A stretch of 64,000 nucleotides of DNA from assembly GCA_025055595.1 (NCBI GenBank), contig JANWWU010000042.1:1927-65926 (forward strand), given 5' to 3'. The DNA comes from Planctomycetota bacterium. GTDB lineage: Bacteria; Planctomycetota; UBA11346. The notes under the pieces are model-generated. The model saw only the letters and a program-made list of their open reading frames with translations, searched no databases and was not told the origin of the DNA. A program made the position numbers and the translations under genes. This document shows, piece after piece, positions 47,136-59,173 of the stretch (position 1 is its first letter; each line of letters starts with the position of its first letter).

Positions 47136-47735
47136 TCAAGCGGGAGGTCGGGGCTGCTCGACCGCGCGCTCGGCGCGCGGTGGCGCCAGGCCGAACTCGT
47201 GCGGCCGCGGCAGGTCCTCGAGGCGGGCGAGGCCGAAGCGCTGCAGGAAGGCGGCGGTCGTGCCGTAGAGCAGGGGCCGGCCGAGCGCCTGCTCGTCGCG
47301 GCCGACGACCTCGATCAGCTTGAGCTCGAGCAGCTGGCGCAGGACGGCGCCGCACTGCACGCCGCGGATGTCTTCGATCGCGCCGCGCGTCACCGGCTGC
47401 TTGTAGGCGATCACCGCCAGCGTCTCGAGGGCGGCGCGCGACAGCTTCTCCGGCAGCTGGCGGTTGTCGTAGCGGCGGATCCAAAGATGGGCTTCGGGCG
47501 CCGACAGCAGCTGCCAGCCGCCAGCGATCTCCTGCAGCACCCAGCCGCGGCGCTCGCGCTGCCAGCGCTCGGCCAGGCCGGCGAGCAGGCCGCGCAGGTA
47601 GTCCTCGTCGCAGCCGAGGCAGGCGGCGAGGCGCGCCAGCGGCACCGGCTTGCTGGCCGCGAAGAGGATCGCCTCGACCGCCTGCCGGCGCTCGCGCGGG
47701 CTGAGGTCGGCGAGCGCGGCGCCGTCTTCAGCCAT
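47136..47735 (-). CDS. scpB: Segregation and condensation protein B
   Basis: [47 protein letters not shown] and GRPLLYGTT are typical ScpB segments. Confidence 0.9.
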   Translation of the reverse strand: MAEDGAALADLSPRERRQAVEAILFAASKPVPLARLAACLGCDEDYLRGLLAGLAERWQRERRGWVLQEIAGGWQLLSAPEAHLWIRRYDNRQLPEKLSRAALETLAVIAYKQPVTRGAIEDIRGVQCGAVLRQLLELKLIEVVGRDEQALGRPLLYGTTAAFLQRFGLARLEDLPRPHEFGLAPPRAERAVEQPRPPA

Positions 47736-48303
47736 CGGCGAAGGCCAGGAAGTTGCGCAGCAGCTCGTGGCCGTGCTCGGTGAGGAAGCTCTCGGGGTGG
47801 AACTGCACGCCGGCGATCGGCCGCGCGCGGTGGCGCAGGCCCATCAGCTCGCGCTGGTCCTCGCTCCACGCGCAGGCCTCGAGGCAGTCCGGCAGCCGGT
47901 CGTCGACGATCAGCGAGTGGTAGCGGGTGGCGGTGAAGGGGCTGGGCAGGCCGGCGAACACCCCGCGCCCGTCGTGGACGATGCGGCTGGTCTTGCCGTG
48001 CATCAGCCGCCCGGCGCGACGGACGACGCCGCCGAAGGCCTGCCCGATCGCCTGGTGGCCGAGGCAGACGCCGAGCAGCGGCACGCCGCGCTCGGCGGCG
48101 AGGCGGATGACGGCGAGCGAGATGCCGGCCTCGTTGGGCGTCGCCGGGCCGGGCGAGATGATGATGTGCGAGGGCCGCTCCTCGAGCACGCGCTCGGCGC
48201 TGACCTCGTCGTTGCGGTACACCCGGACCTCGGCGCCGAGCTCCCAGCAGTACTGGACGAGGTTATAGGTGAACGAGTCGTAATTATCGATCACCGTCAG
48301 CAC
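47728..48303 (-). CDS. Class I glutamine amidotransferase, anthranilate/aminodeoxychorismate synthase component II (TrpG/PabA)
   Basis: The start [18 protein letters not shown] leads to [10 protein letters not shown] and QFHPES. TrpG and PabA cannot be distinguished from sequence alone. Confidence 0.9.
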   Translation of the reverse strand: MLTVIDNYDSFTYNLVQYCWELGAEVRVYRNDEVSAERVLEERPSHIIISPGPATPNEAGISLAVIRLAAERGVPLLGVCLGHQAIGQAFGGVVRRAGRLMHGKTSRIVHDGRGVFAGLPSPFTATRYHSLIVDDRLPDCLEACAWSEDQRELMGLRHRARPIAGVQFHPESFLTEHGHELLRNFLAFADG

Positions 48304-48332
48304 GGCGGCAGCCTACGCGCACGGCGGCGAAG

Positions 48333-48839
48333 TCATGGGCCGCTCGGCGGTGCCGGCGCGTTCCGCAGGGCGGCGATGCGCGCGGCGACCCGCTCGTCGA
48401 AGCCTTCGAGGACGAGATCGACGCCGAGGCGCTGCCGCCAGCGCTGCAGGCGGGCCGGGCTGAGGCCGGCGCGGTGCAGGAAGACGACGCGCTGCGGGTC
48501 GACGAGCTCGAGGCCGACGCCGACGAGCCAGCCGTCGCGCACCGGGCGCACGTCACGGACATCGGCGAGCTGCAGGCGCAGCTGCGGGCGGCCGTAGAAG
48601 TGGTAGACCAGCGTGCCGTCGGGATGGATCTCGAGCGCCGTGCCCTGCGCGGCGACCGCGAGGCAGGCGAGCGCGAGGCCGAGGCCGACAGCGGTCGGCA
48701 GCGGCCAGCCGAGCGGTGCGATCGCCAGCGCCTGGGTCATCCAGGCCCCGGCGGCGCCGCTGAGCAGAGCGAAGCCGGCGATCAGCGCCCACTGGCGGCC
48801 GCGCGGGCGGGCGCGGAAGCGCTCAGGAGGCGCTCGCAT
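48333..48839 (-). CDS. Hypothetical membrane protein (two N-terminal transmembrane helices plus a small soluble domain)
   Basis: The composition is protein-like with two hydrophobic helices. The ATG overlaps the plsX 3-prime end by 17 nt. I recognise no family. Confidence 0.5.
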   Translation of the reverse strand: MRAPPERFRARPRGRQWALIAGFALLSGAAGAWMTQALAIAPLGWPLPTAVGLGLALACLAVAAQGTALEIHPDGTLVYHFYGRPQLRLQLADVRDVRPVRDGWLVGVGLELVDPQRVVFLHRAGLSPARLQRWRQRLGVDLVLEGFDERVAARIAALRNAPAPPSGP

Positions 48840-49857
48840 CGGCGGCGACCGCAGCGGCCCGATTGACGATCGCCTGCACGCGCTCGCGCATCCGCTCGAT
48901 CGCTCGGCCCTCGATCGCGCGCGCCGCCTGCTTCAGGGCGTGGAACACGGCGACGCGGTTGCTGCGGCCGTGGCCGATGATCGTCACGCCGTCGACGCCA
49001 GCGAGCAGCACGCCGCCGACCAGCGACCAGTGGGTGCGGCGGCGCAGGCCCTCGAAGGCCGGCCGCAGCAGGCGCGCGCCGAGCTTGGTCTGCAGGCTGC
49101 TGTAGATCTCCTCCTTGAGGATCGTGATCAGCGCGTCGTAGACGCCTTCGCTGGCCTTGAGCAGGACATTGCCGGTGAAGCCGTCGCAGACGACGACATC
49201 GACCAGGCCCTGATAGACATGGTGGCCCTCGACCAGGCCGACGACATTGAGGTTGGTCTGCTTGAGCAGGGTCATCGTCTCGCCGGTCAGGTCGTCGCCC
49301 TTGCCCTCTTCCTCGCCGATCGACAGGACGCCGACGCGCGGCCGCGCCAGGCCGTAGGTGCTCTCGAGGAAGGCCGAGCCGAGGAGAGCGAAGTCGACGA
49401 GGTGCTCGGGCTTGCAGACGCTGTTGGCGCCGCAGTCGATGACCCAGGTGTGGCCCTTGGGATTGGGCAGGGGGGTGAGGAGCCCGGCGCGCTTGACGCC
49501 GGGGATGCGCCGCAGGTGGAGCTGGGCCGCAGCGACCGAGCAGCCGGTGTTGCCGCACAGCACCATCGCCTCGGCCTGCCCGCGCTTGACGAGTTGCGCG
49601 CAGCGGTTCATCGAGTCGTTCGGCCGCTCCTTGAGGGCGGAGATCTTCTCCGCCATGCCGATCACTTCCGGCGCGTGCTCGATGCGGATGTTGCCCGGCC
49701 GCGCGCCCTCGCGCGCCAGGCAGGAGACGATGTCGTGCTCGCGGCCGACAAGGATCACCTGATGCTCGGGGAAGGCGCGGGCGTAATCGACGGCGCCTTC
49801 GACCATCGCACGCGGCGCGTCGTCGCCGCCCATCGCGTCGAGGGCGATGCGCAGCAT
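48823..49857 (-). CDS. plsX: Phosphate acyltransferase PlsX
   Basis: The start is MLRIALDAMGGDDAPRAMVEGA. DGFTGNVLLK and IIGHGRS are present. It lies in the classical rpmF-plsX context. Confidence 0.95.
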   Translation of the reverse strand: MLRIALDAMGGDDAPRAMVEGAVDYARAFPEHQVILVGREHDIVSCLAREGARPGNIRIEHAPEVIGMAEKISALKERPNDSMNRCAQLVKRGQAEAMVLCGNTGCSVAAAQLHLRRIPGVKRAGLLTPLPNPKGHTWVIDCGANSVCKPEHLVDFALLGSAFLESTYGLARPRVGVLSIGEEEGKGDDLTGETMTLLKQTNLNVVGLVEGHHVYQGLVDVVVCDGFTGNVLLKASEGVYDALITILKEEIYSSLQTKLGARLLRPAFEGLRRRTHWSLVGGVLLAGVDGVTIIGHGRSNRVAVFHALKQAARAIEGRAIERMRERVQAIVNRAAAVAADASAS

Positions 49858-49863
49858 GCGAGC

Positions 49864-50124
49864 TCAGCGCGCGGGCGGAGGCGACGGCGGTGGCGTGCCA
49901 GAGCCCGACGTCGGCGCCGCGGCGGAACCGGGCTCGGCTCCCTCTTCCTCGCGGTAGAGCACCTGCTGCCCGCGGTAGCGGCCGGTGCGCAGGTCGATGT
50001 GGTGGGGGCGATGCACGCTCTTCGTCTGCCGATCGACGACCAGCGTCGGCGGCCGCAAGCGGTTGATGTGCTGCGTGCGCAGCTTCTTGCGGGCATGACA
50101 GACGCGACGCTTGGGGACAGCCAT
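49864..50124 (-). CDS. rpmF: 50S ribosomal protein L32 with a low-complexity C-terminal extension
   Basis: The start [19 protein letters not shown] lies directly upstream of plsX. Only the last 86 codons of track ORF 49864..50484 are coding. Confidence 0.88.
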   Translation of the reverse strand: MAVPKRRVCHARKKLRTQHINRLRPPTLVVDRQTKSVHRPHHIDLRTGRYRGQQVLYREEEGAEPGSAAAPTSGSGTPPPSPPPAR

Positions 50125-50209
50125 AGTGCCCTCGCAGGGCGAGCACGCTATGGGATCGGGGCCGCAGGCAAGCGCGGCTTGCATCAAAGCAGCACTCAGA
50201 GAATCGATA

Positions 50210-52243
50210 ATGGAGCATCCCATGCGCGTGCTCGGTCCAGTCACCGGTCGCGAGGTCGAGCTGCGCGACGACGACATGCTCGTCTCGCGCACCGATCCGC
50301 GCGGCGTCATCATCTTCGCCAACGACGCCTTCGTCCGCGTCAGCGGCTTCAGCCGCGAGGAGCTGCTGGGCAGCCCGCACAACATCGTGCGCCATCCCGA
50401 CATGCCGGCAGCGGCCTTCGCCGACCTGTGGGCGACCATCCAGGCCGGCCGGACCTGGGTCGGAATGGTGAAGAACCGCTGCAAGAACGGCGATCACTAC
50501 TGGGTGCGGGCGACGGTCAGCCCGCAGTACGCCGAGGGCCGCCTGCTCGGCTACATCTCGATCCGCAGCAAGCCCAGCCGCGAGGAAGTCGCGGCGGCCG
50601 AGGCCCTCTATGCACGGATGCGGGCCGGGGCGCGCATCCGTCTGCGCGGCGGCAGCCGCGCGCCGCAACCTTTGCTTGCGGCCTTGCTCAGCCTGCGCGG
50701 CCGCGTGCTGACGCTGGCGGCGGCGGGCCTGCTCTTCTTCCTCGGCAGCATCGCGGCCGGCTGGTGGGCCCTGGAGCGGGTGGAGCGGGATCTGCTGTCG
50801 ATCTACGAGGAGCGGCTGGTGCCGCTGGGCCGCGTGGGCGCGATCACTGCCGACTACTATGAAATCTACACCCATGTCGGCTGCCTGGCCAGCGAGCAGG
50901 GCGACCCGCTCCAACACGCGGCCGGCCTGCGCGAGCACTGGCAGAGCCTCGAGCGCGCGCTGCGCGCGCTGGCCGAGCAGTCGTTCACCGAAGAAGAGCG
51001 CGCGCTGCTAGCCCGCCTGCAGGGCGCGGTGGCGCGGCTCGGCAGCGAGGTCGTGCAGCCGATCCTCAAGGCCGGCGAGGCGAAGGGCAGCGCCTTCGCC
51101 TACAGCGTCGCCGCCACCGATATCTGGACGCGCGGCGTGCTCGGCGCGCTGATCGAGGAAGTCGATGCGGTGCTCAGCGCGCTGCGCCGGCACGAGGAGG
51201 AGGCGGCCCAGGCGACGATAGTGGAAAACCAGGAGCGGCAGCGTCGCGTGCAGTTCGCCTGGCTGCTGGTCGCCGCGCTGTGCACGCTGCTGGCGATCGG
51301 CGTCGCCGCCAGCGTCGCTCAGCGCCTGCGCCGGCGCATCGACGCCCTCGAGGCGGCCCTCGAGCGGGTGGCCGGCGGGGAGCGGCGCGTCACCGTTGAC
51401 CTGACCGTGCACGATGAGCTGACGCCGCTGTTTCGTGCCGTGGCCGCGGTGCAGACCAACCTCGCCTACGGCGAGCAGGAGGCGCGCGAGGCGCGCCGCG
51501 CCGTGCTGGCGAACTTCGACGCTAGCGTCGGCCGCGTGCTGACCGAGCAGCGGGCCGGCATCGCGCGCATCGACGCCGCGGCGCAGACCCAGGCGACGAC
51601 GGCCAAGAGCCTGGTCGCCAATGTGCAGTCGGTCGCCGCGGCGGCCAACGAGCTCAACGCCTCGATCAAGGAGATCGCCAATCAGGCATCGCAAGTCTCC
51701 GGGCTGACCCGCGAGGCCGCCGGCCTCGCCGACAACAGCCGGCAGACGATGCAGGGCTTGAGCGCGGCGACCGCTGACATCTCCGGCGTCGCCAGCTTCA
51801 TCGCCGACATCGCGGAGCAGACCAATCTGCTGGCGCTCAACGCGACGATCGAGGCGGCGCGCGCCGGCGAGGCGGGGCGCGGCTTCGCCGTCGTCGCCAA
51901 CGAGGTCAAGGCGCTGGCGGTGCAGACCCAGCGCGCGACGGGCGAGATCGCCGACAAGCTGGCGGCGGTGCGCCGCGATAGCGAGGCCGCGGTCCAGGCT
52001 TTCTCCGCGATCAGCGCGGCGATCGGCAAGGCGAACACCGCCGTGCAGGCGATCGCGGCGGCCGTCGAGGAGCAGAGCGCGGTGGTCGACGAGGTCGCGC
52101 GCAACGCCAAGGGCGCCTCGCAGGGCGCGCGCGCGCTCGAGGGCGAGGCCCAGCAGGTCGCCGAGGCGGCACGCAGCCTGCGCTCCGGCTCCCAGGCCCT
52201 CGACGAGGCGTTGCAGGCCTTCCAGCGCGCTGCCGATGCCTGA
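50210..52243 (+). CDS. Methyl-accepting chemotaxis protein with an N-terminal cytoplasmic PAS domain (Aer-like), two transmembrane helices and HAMP
   Basis: The PAS segment is [42 protein letters not shown]. The MCP signalling hairpin is [35 protein letters not shown]. The start is either 50210 (MEHP) or 50222 ([11 protein letters not shown]). Confidence 0.88.
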   Translation: MEHPMRVLGPVTGREVELRDDDMLVSRTDPRGVIIFANDAFVRVSGFSREELLGSPHNIVRHPDMPAAAFADLWATIQAGRTWVGMVKNRCKNGDHYWVRATVSPQYAEGRLLGYISIRSKPSREEVAAAEALYARMRAGARIRLRGGSRAPQPLLAALLSLRGRVLTLAAAGLLFFLGSIAAGWWALERVERDLLSIYEERLVPLGRVGAITADYYEIYTHVGCLASEQGDPLQHAAGLREHWQSLERALRALAEQSFTEEERALLARLQGAVARLGSEVVQPILKAGEAKGSAFAYSVAATDIWTRGVLGALIEEVDAVLSALRRHEEEAAQATIVENQERQRRVQFAWLLVAALCTLLAIGVAASVAQRLRRRIDALEAALERVAGGERRVTVDLTVHDELTPLFRAVAAVQTNLAYGEQEAREARRAVLANFDASVGRVLTEQRAGIARIDAAAQTQATTAKSLVANVQSVAAAANELNASIKEIANQASQVSGLTREAAGLADNSRQTMQGLSAATADISGVASFIADIAEQTNLLALNATIEAARAGEAGRGFAVVANEVKALAVQTQRATGEIADKLAAVRRDSEAAVQAFSAISAAIGKANTAVQAIAAAVEEQSAVVDEVARNAKGASQGARALEGEAQQVAEAARSLRSGSQALDEALQAFQRAADA

Positions 52244-52283
52244 TCGCGGTTGACCGTCGCCGGGTGCGGCAAGCATCGCCGCC

Positions 52284-53038
52284 TTGCCGTCCACTCCCGC
52301 GGTCCTCATCCCGGCGCGCCGCGCCGCGACGCGCCTGCCCGACAAGCTGCTGCTCGCCGAACACGGCGAGCCGCTGATCGCGACGGTCGCGCGACGCGCC
52401 GCCCTCGCCTACGGTCCGCAGGCGGTGCTCGTCTGCGCCGACGATCCCGCCCTGATCGAGGCGGTGCGGCCGACCGGCATCGCCGCGCGCCTGACCAGCC
52501 CGCACCATGCCAGCGGCACCGAGCGCATCGCCGAAGCGGCGGCGACGCTGCCGCAGGCGGTCGTCGTCAATGTCCAGGGCGACGAGCCGGAGATCGACCC
52601 CGCGCATATCCGCCTGGTCGCCGAGCTCCTCGAGCGCCATCCCTGGGCCGGCATGGCGACGCTGGCGGTGCCGGCCGGGCCCGAGGCGCAGGCCTCGCCG
52701 CACCAGGTGAAGGTCGTCATCGGCAACGAGGGGCGGGCCCTGTGGTTCACCCGCGCCCCCGCGCCCTGGGATCGCGAGGCCGGCGGTCCGGCGGCGCGCA
52801 CGCACCGCCACCTCGGCATCTACGCCTATCGCCGCGAGGTGCTGCTCGGCTACGCCGCCCTGCCGCGGACGCCGCTCGAGGACCTCGAGCGGCTCGAGCA
52901 GCTGCGCGCGCTGGCCAACGGCATCGGCATCGTCGTCGCCGTCGTCGAGCGGGCCGCGCCCGGGATCGATACCCGCGCCGACTACGAGGCCTTCCTCGCA
53001 CGCTGGCGCGCGCATGCCGCGGCGCAGGATCGCGCGCC

Positions 53039-53042
<4 letters not shown>
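52284..53042 (+). CDS. kdsB: 3-deoxy-manno-octulosonate cytidylyltransferase (CMP-KDO synthetase)
   Basis: AVLIPARRAATRLPDKLL, GTERIAEAA and NVQGDEPEI are present. The start is a TTG as given by the ORF track. Confidence 0.88.
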
Positions 53043-54766
<1,724 letters not shown>

Positions 54767-56206
54767 TCAGACGCGCAGCTCGGCCGACTCCGCCAGGCAC
54801 TCGCGGTAGCGCGCCAGCGCCGGCGCGACCTCCTCGGCGAGGAAGCGGTCGACCTGCGCCGGCGCGCGGCCGATGAAGCGCTCGGGGACGAGCAGCGCGT
54901 CGAGTCGCCCATGCACCGGCGCGAAGTACGGATCGCGGCGGATGCGTTCGAGCAGATCGTTGTCGGCGCCCTCGGCGGCGATCCGCGCCTGGGCCTGGCG
55001 CGCCAGCTGGCGGATGCGTTCATGGGCCTCCTGCCGGTTGGCCCCGGCCTCGACCATCGCCATCAGGATCTCTTCGGTGGCGAGGAAGGGCAGCTCGGCG
55101 AGCAGGTGGCGCCGGCACAGCGCCGGGCGCACCTCCAGGCCCTCGGCGATGTTCTGCAGGAGGCGCAGGACGGCGTCGGCGGCGAGGAAAGCTTCGGGGA
55201 TCGCGATGCGGCGATTGGCGCTGTCGTCGAGCGAGCGCTCCAGCCACTGCGTCGCGTGGGTGTGCAGGGCGTCGCCGGCCAGGGCCATCAGGTGGCGGCC
55301 GAGGGCGCAGGCGCGCTCGGCGCGCATCGGATTGCGTTTGTAAGCCATCGCCGAGCTGCCGACCTGCTCGGGCTCGCTCGGCTCGACGACCTCCCCTTCG
55401 TGCGCCAGCAGGCGCAGGTCGGTGCCGATCCGGTGGGCGCTGGCGCCGAGGCTGGCCAGCGCGAGCACGACCTGGCTGTCGAGCTTGCGCGTGTAGGTCT
55501 GGCCGGTGACGAGGAAGGCCGAGGGGAAGCCGAAGGCGGCGGTGATCCGCCGGTCGAGCTCCTCGACCTTGGTGTGGTCGCCGGCAAACAGCGCGAGGAA
55601 GCTCGCCTGGGTGCCGGTCGTGCCCTTGGCGCCGCGAAAGCGCAGGTCGGCGCGCGCGCGCTCGAGATTGGCGAGGTCGAAGAGCAGGTCTTGGATCCAC
55701 AGACAGGCGCGCTTGCCGACGGTCGTCGGCTGCGCCGGCTGGAAGTGGGTGTAGCCGAGGCAGGCCAGGTCGCGGTGGCGCGCGGCGAAGGCGCTGAGGC
55801 GGTCGATGACGCGCGCGCAGGCCTGGGCGAGCAGCTCCAGCCCCTCGCGCATCAGGATCAGGTCGGCGTTGTCGGTGACGAAGCAGCTGGTCGCCCCGAG
55901 ATGGATGATCGGGGCGGCGCGCGGGCAGCAGGCGGCGTAGGCGTGGATGTGCGCCATGACATCGTGGCGGAGCCGGCGCTCCGCCTGCTCCGCCAGCTGC
56001 CAGTCGATGTCTGCGATGTGCGCCTCGAGCTCCGCGACCTGCTCGGCGGTCACCGGGGCGCCGAGCGCCATCTCGGCCCGCGCCAGCTCGGTCCACAGCC
56101 GGCGCCAGGTGACGATGCGCCGCTCCTCGCTCCACAACGCCTGCATCGCAGCCGAGGCGTAACGGGAGCAGAGGGGTGAGTCGTAACGACCACGGTCCTT
56201 GGCCAT
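54767..56206 (-). CDS. purB: Adenylosuccinate lyase
   Basis: The start [18 protein letters not shown] leads to the fumarate-lyase signature region [11 protein letters not shown]. Only the last 479 codons of the 750-aa track ORF are coding. Its stop abuts the pyrG stop (TGATCA). Confidence 0.95.
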   Translation of the reverse strand: MAKDRGRYDSPLCSRYASAAMQALWSEERRIVTWRRLWTELARAEMALGAPVTAEQVAELEAHIADIDWQLAEQAERRLRHDVMAHIHAYAACCPRAAPIIHLGATSCFVTDNADLILMREGLELLAQACARVIDRLSAFAARHRDLACLGYTHFQPAQPTTVGKRACLWIQDLLFDLANLERARADLRFRGAKGTTGTQASFLALFAGDHTKVEELDRRITAAFGFPSAFLVTGQTYTRKLDSQVVLALASLGASAHRIGTDLRLLAHEGEVVEPSEPEQVGSSAMAYKRNPMRAERACALGRHLMALAGDALHTHATQWLERSLDDSANRRIAIPEAFLAADAVLRLLQNIAEGLEVRPALCRRHLLAELPFLATEEILMAMVEAGANRQEAHERIRQLARQAQARIAAEGADNDLLERIRRDPYFAPVHGRLDALLVPERFIGRAPAQVDRFLAEEVAPALARYRECLAESAELRV

Positions 56207-56296
56207 GACGGCAGCGTGCCGGCGGCGACGGGCGCACAATGCCCCGTCGAGAGCGGCACCGCCGCGGCTGGCGGGGCTGAGCCCGCGGGCAACGCG

Positions 56297-56330
56297 TGCA
56301 ACATCTGAAACATTTGAAACAATTGCAACG
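56297..56330. repeat. Four direct heptamers with exact 9-bp phasing
   Basis: The plus strand reads TGCAACA-tc-TGAAACA-tt-TGAAACA-at-TGCAACG. This is the most AT-rich stretch of the window, in the purB/SNF2 divergent intergenic region. Confidence 0.85.
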
Positions 56331-56367
56331 ATCGTACAGCGTTTGCGGTGTCGCCCGCAGCCGAGCG

Positions 56368-56395
56368 TTGCCTTGCTCGCGGTGGCTGCTAGAAT
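56368..56395 (+). promoter_or_regulatory. Possible sigma-70-type promoter for the SNF2 helicase gene (TTGCCT, 16-nt spacer, TAGAAT)
   Basis: TTGCCT at 56368-56373 and TAGAAT at 56390-56395 lie about 100 nt upstream of the chosen ATG. Confidence 0.3.
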
Positions 56396-56497
56396 CGGTC
56401 GACCGTACCTGAGGCGGGACGGGCGCCTTGACGGCAGCGCACGCCGTTGTCGCCGCGACGCTCGACCGCGCCGATCGCGATGGAGGACGTCGTTTCC

Positions 56498-59173
56498 ATG
56501 TCCGCAACCAGCCGAGGCAGCACCATCATCCCGACGGTAGAAGAGGTGCCGGCCCCGCGTACCGCCTCGCCGCAGATCGTCGTCACGCTGTCGAAGTTCC
56601 TGCCGGGCTGCAAGCGCACGCGCATGCTGATCATCGAAGGCGCCTTCGGCATCCGGCCCGAACCGATGACCGATGCCGAGCTGGTGCTGCGCTCGCTGGC
56701 CCAGATCCGCAGCGCGCATCCCCCGCCCCTCGTCGTCATCGACGACCAGACCTATCCGAGCATCATCGAGGGCAGCCCGCGCAATCCCCGCCTGATGATG
56801 GAGGACAAGGGCGACAAGATGCGGATGTACCTCGAGGTCGGCGGGGCGATGGTCGTCAATGTGTGGGCCGTTCCCGGCCCGCACATCGTGTTCCGCGGCC
56901 GCATCATCCCGCTCGAGTGGACGGGGCCGGTCGAGCTGCTCGATCCGCTGATGCTCGGACCGATCCTGGTGCCCAAGGAGTGCTTGGTGCGGGAGCCCTG
57001 GCGCGCAGTGCTGGCTCACGCCGGGCAGCTACCGCCGCAGCATGAGAAAGCGAAGCTGATCCGCGGTCGCCCGCAGCCGATCCTCGAGCTGTTCGAGGTC
57101 GATAGCCGGCTCTGCGGCCAGGTGCGCTTCCGCTACCACGAAGACCTGCCGGAGATCGATCCCCGCGAGCGCATCGGCCTGATCGTCGCCGAGGACCGCA
57201 ACGGCCAGATCGTCAAGTGCGAGCGCGACCGCGACCAAGAGCTCGCGCGCTGCAACGAGTTCGTCAAGCGCGGCGCCCTGGTGCAGCGCCGCGGCGCGTT
57301 CGGCTTCGTCGCCGACGGCGACGCCGCCGACCGCTTCCTCGCCCAGGTCCTGCCCAACCTGCAGGGCTGGGAGATCCGCGGCCGCGACAAGCTGCACCGC
57401 GGCAAGCCGCCGGAGCAGATCGAGACGACGACGCGGGTGACCGCGCGCGAGGACCACCTCGAGCTCGAGATCGTCGCCGAGGTCGCGGGGCGGACAGTGC
57501 CGATCCGCGACCTGCTGAAGAACGCCTCGCGCGGGCAGAACCTGATGGTGTTCAAGGACGGCCTGCGCGCCAAGATCAGCGACGAGTGGCTGCAGCGCTA
57601 CCGCGCGCTCGCCGAGTTCGGCGGCATCCGCGATGCCGGCGGCATCCTGCGCGTGCCGCGCCACGCCGCGGCGATGGCGGTGGCGTTGGCGGAGAGCGGG
57701 ACCCGCGCCCAGCTCGACGAGATCACCAAGGACCTCGCGCAGGTCGCCAAGGGCGGGGCGCAGATCCCATCGGTGCCGATCCCGAGCGGCATCCGCGCCA
57801 CCCTCCGCGAGTACCAGCATGCCGGCTTCAGCTGGATGGTGTTCCTCGCCAACCGCGGCCTCGGCGGCGTGCTCGCCGACGACATGGGCCTCGGCAAGAC
57901 GCTGCAGGCGCTGACCTTCATCATGTGGTGCCATCAGCAGCAGGCCGGCCTCCACCTGGTGGTCGCGCCGCGCTCGGTCGTCGACAACTGGTACGACGAA
58001 TGCCGCAAGTTCGTCCCCGAGATGCCGGTGCACATCCACCTCGGCCTCGACCGCGCGCGCGACGAGCGCCGCCTGCCGAAGGTCGGCATCCTGCTGACCA
58101 GCTACAACATCCTGCAGCGCGACATCAAGCTGCTCGGCGTCCTCGAGTACTCGACGGTGATCCTCGACGAGGCGCACATCATCCGCAATCCCGACGCCAA
58201 GACGACGCGCGCCGCGCTGCGCCTCAACGCCAAGCGGCGGATGTGCCTCTCCGGCACTCCCGTGCAGAACTGCGCCGAGGACCTCTGGCCGATCTTCCAC
58301 TTCCTGATGCCGGGCTTCCTCGGCCGGCGCAAGACGCTCAAGGAGACCCTGCAGGACGATCCCGAGGCGCTGGCCAGGCTGCGCGACCGCGTCGCGCCCT
58401 TCGTCCTGCGCCGCGTCAAGAAGGAGGTGGCGACCGAGCTGCCGCCGAAGACCGAGATCCTGCTCCACGCCGAGATGGACGAGGAGCAGCGAATCTTCTA
58501 CAACGAGATGCTCGAGAAGGAGCGCGCCGGGGTCATGGACCTGCTCGGCTCGAAGGGCCTCGAGCGCTCGCGGGTCTCGATCCTCGCCGCGATCACCCGC
58601 CTGCGCCAGGCCGCCTGCGCGCCGGCCCTGGTCGGCGGCGACGGCATCCCCTCCTGCAAGATCGAGCTGTTCCTCGATCTGGTCGACGAGCTGGTCAGCG
58701 AGGGCCATCGCGCCCTGGTCTTCAGCAGCTTCACCAAGTTCCTCTACCTGATCGAGCAGCGCCTCAACGAGAAGGGCCTCAGGTACCAGTATCTCGACGG
58801 TCGCACCCGCGATCGCGCGGCGAAGATCAAAGCCTTCCAGCAGGGCGATGATCCGCTGTTCCTGATCTCGCTGAAAGCCGGCGGCGTCGGCCTCAACCTG
58901 ACCGCCGCCGACTACGTGATCATCCTCGATCCGTGGTGGAATCCCGCGGCCGAGGAGCAGGCCGCCGACCGCGCCTACCGCATCGGCCAGGACAAGCCGG
59001 TGATGGTGTACCGCATCGTCACCGTCGACTCGATCGAGGAGCGCGTGCTGCGCCTGCAGGAAGAGAAGCGCAAGCTGATCGGCGATCTCGCGCTCGAGGG
59101 GCTGGCGCGCGCCCTCGAGGCCGGCGATGTCGAGAAGCTGTTCGCCGCCTCGGTCGCCGCCGGCGCCGACTAG
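56498..59173 (+). CDS. SNF2/RAD54-family helicase with a long bacterial SNF2-associated N-terminal region
   Basis: Helicase motifs are [45 protein letters not shown] and, in the C-terminal lobe, [11 protein letters not shown]. The start was chosen at the ATG at 56498, 9 nt after GGAGGA. Confidence 0.9.
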   Translation: MSATSRGSTIIPTVEEVPAPRTASPQIVVTLSKFLPGCKRTRMLIIEGAFGIRPEPMTDAELVLRSLAQIRSAHPPPLVVIDDQTYPSIIEGSPRNPRLMMEDKGDKMRMYLEVGGAMVVNVWAVPGPHIVFRGRIIPLEWTGPVELLDPLMLGPILVPKECLVREPWRAVLAHAGQLPPQHEKAKLIRGRPQPILELFEVDSRLCGQVRFRYHEDLPEIDPRERIGLIVAEDRNGQIVKCERDRDQELARCNEFVKRGALVQRRGAFGFVADGDAADRFLAQVLPNLQGWEIRGRDKLHRGKPPEQIETTTRVTAREDHLELEIVAEVAGRTVPIRDLLKNASRGQNLMVFKDGLRAKISDEWLQRYRALAEFGGIRDAGGILRVPRHAAAMAVALAESGTRAQLDEITKDLAQVAKGGAQIPSVPIPSGIRATLREYQHAGFSWMVFLANRGLGGVLADDMGLGKTLQALTFIMWCHQQQAGLHLVVAPRSVVDNWYDECRKFVPEMPVHIHLGLDRARDERRLPKVGILLTSYNILQRDIKLLGVLEYSTVILDEAHIIRNPDAKTTRAALRLNAKRRMCLSGTPVQNCAEDLWPIFHFLMPGFLGRRKTLKETLQDDPEALARLRDRVAPFVLRRVKKEVATELPPKTEILLHAEMDEEQRIFYNEMLEKERAGVMDLLGSKGLERSRVSILAAITRLRQAACAPALVGGDGIPSCKIELFLDLVDELVSEGHRALVFSSFTKFLYLIEQRLNEKGLRYQYLDGRTRDRAAKIKAFQQGDDPLFLISLKAGGVGLNLTAADYVIILDPWWNPAAEEQAADRAYRIGQDKPVMVYRIVTVDSIEERVLRLQEEKRKLIGDLALEGLARALEAGDVEKLFAASVAAGAD

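Noticed and set aside
56330-56350. A possible PurR box (CGTTTGCG half-site) upstream of purB.
   Set aside because: There is only one half-site and no 16-bp palindrome of the GCAAACGTTTGC type. It is not distinguishable from chance.
56498-59173. The SNF2 helicase as a possible phage-defence module (DISARM-, Zorya- or BREX-like).
   Set aside because: There is no methyltransferase, PLD nuclease, DUF1998 protein, ZorABC or other partner gene adjacent. The neighbours are purB, xylulokinase, GNAT and GH57. The N-terminal region looks like the common bacterial SNF2-associated domain of stand-alone helicases.
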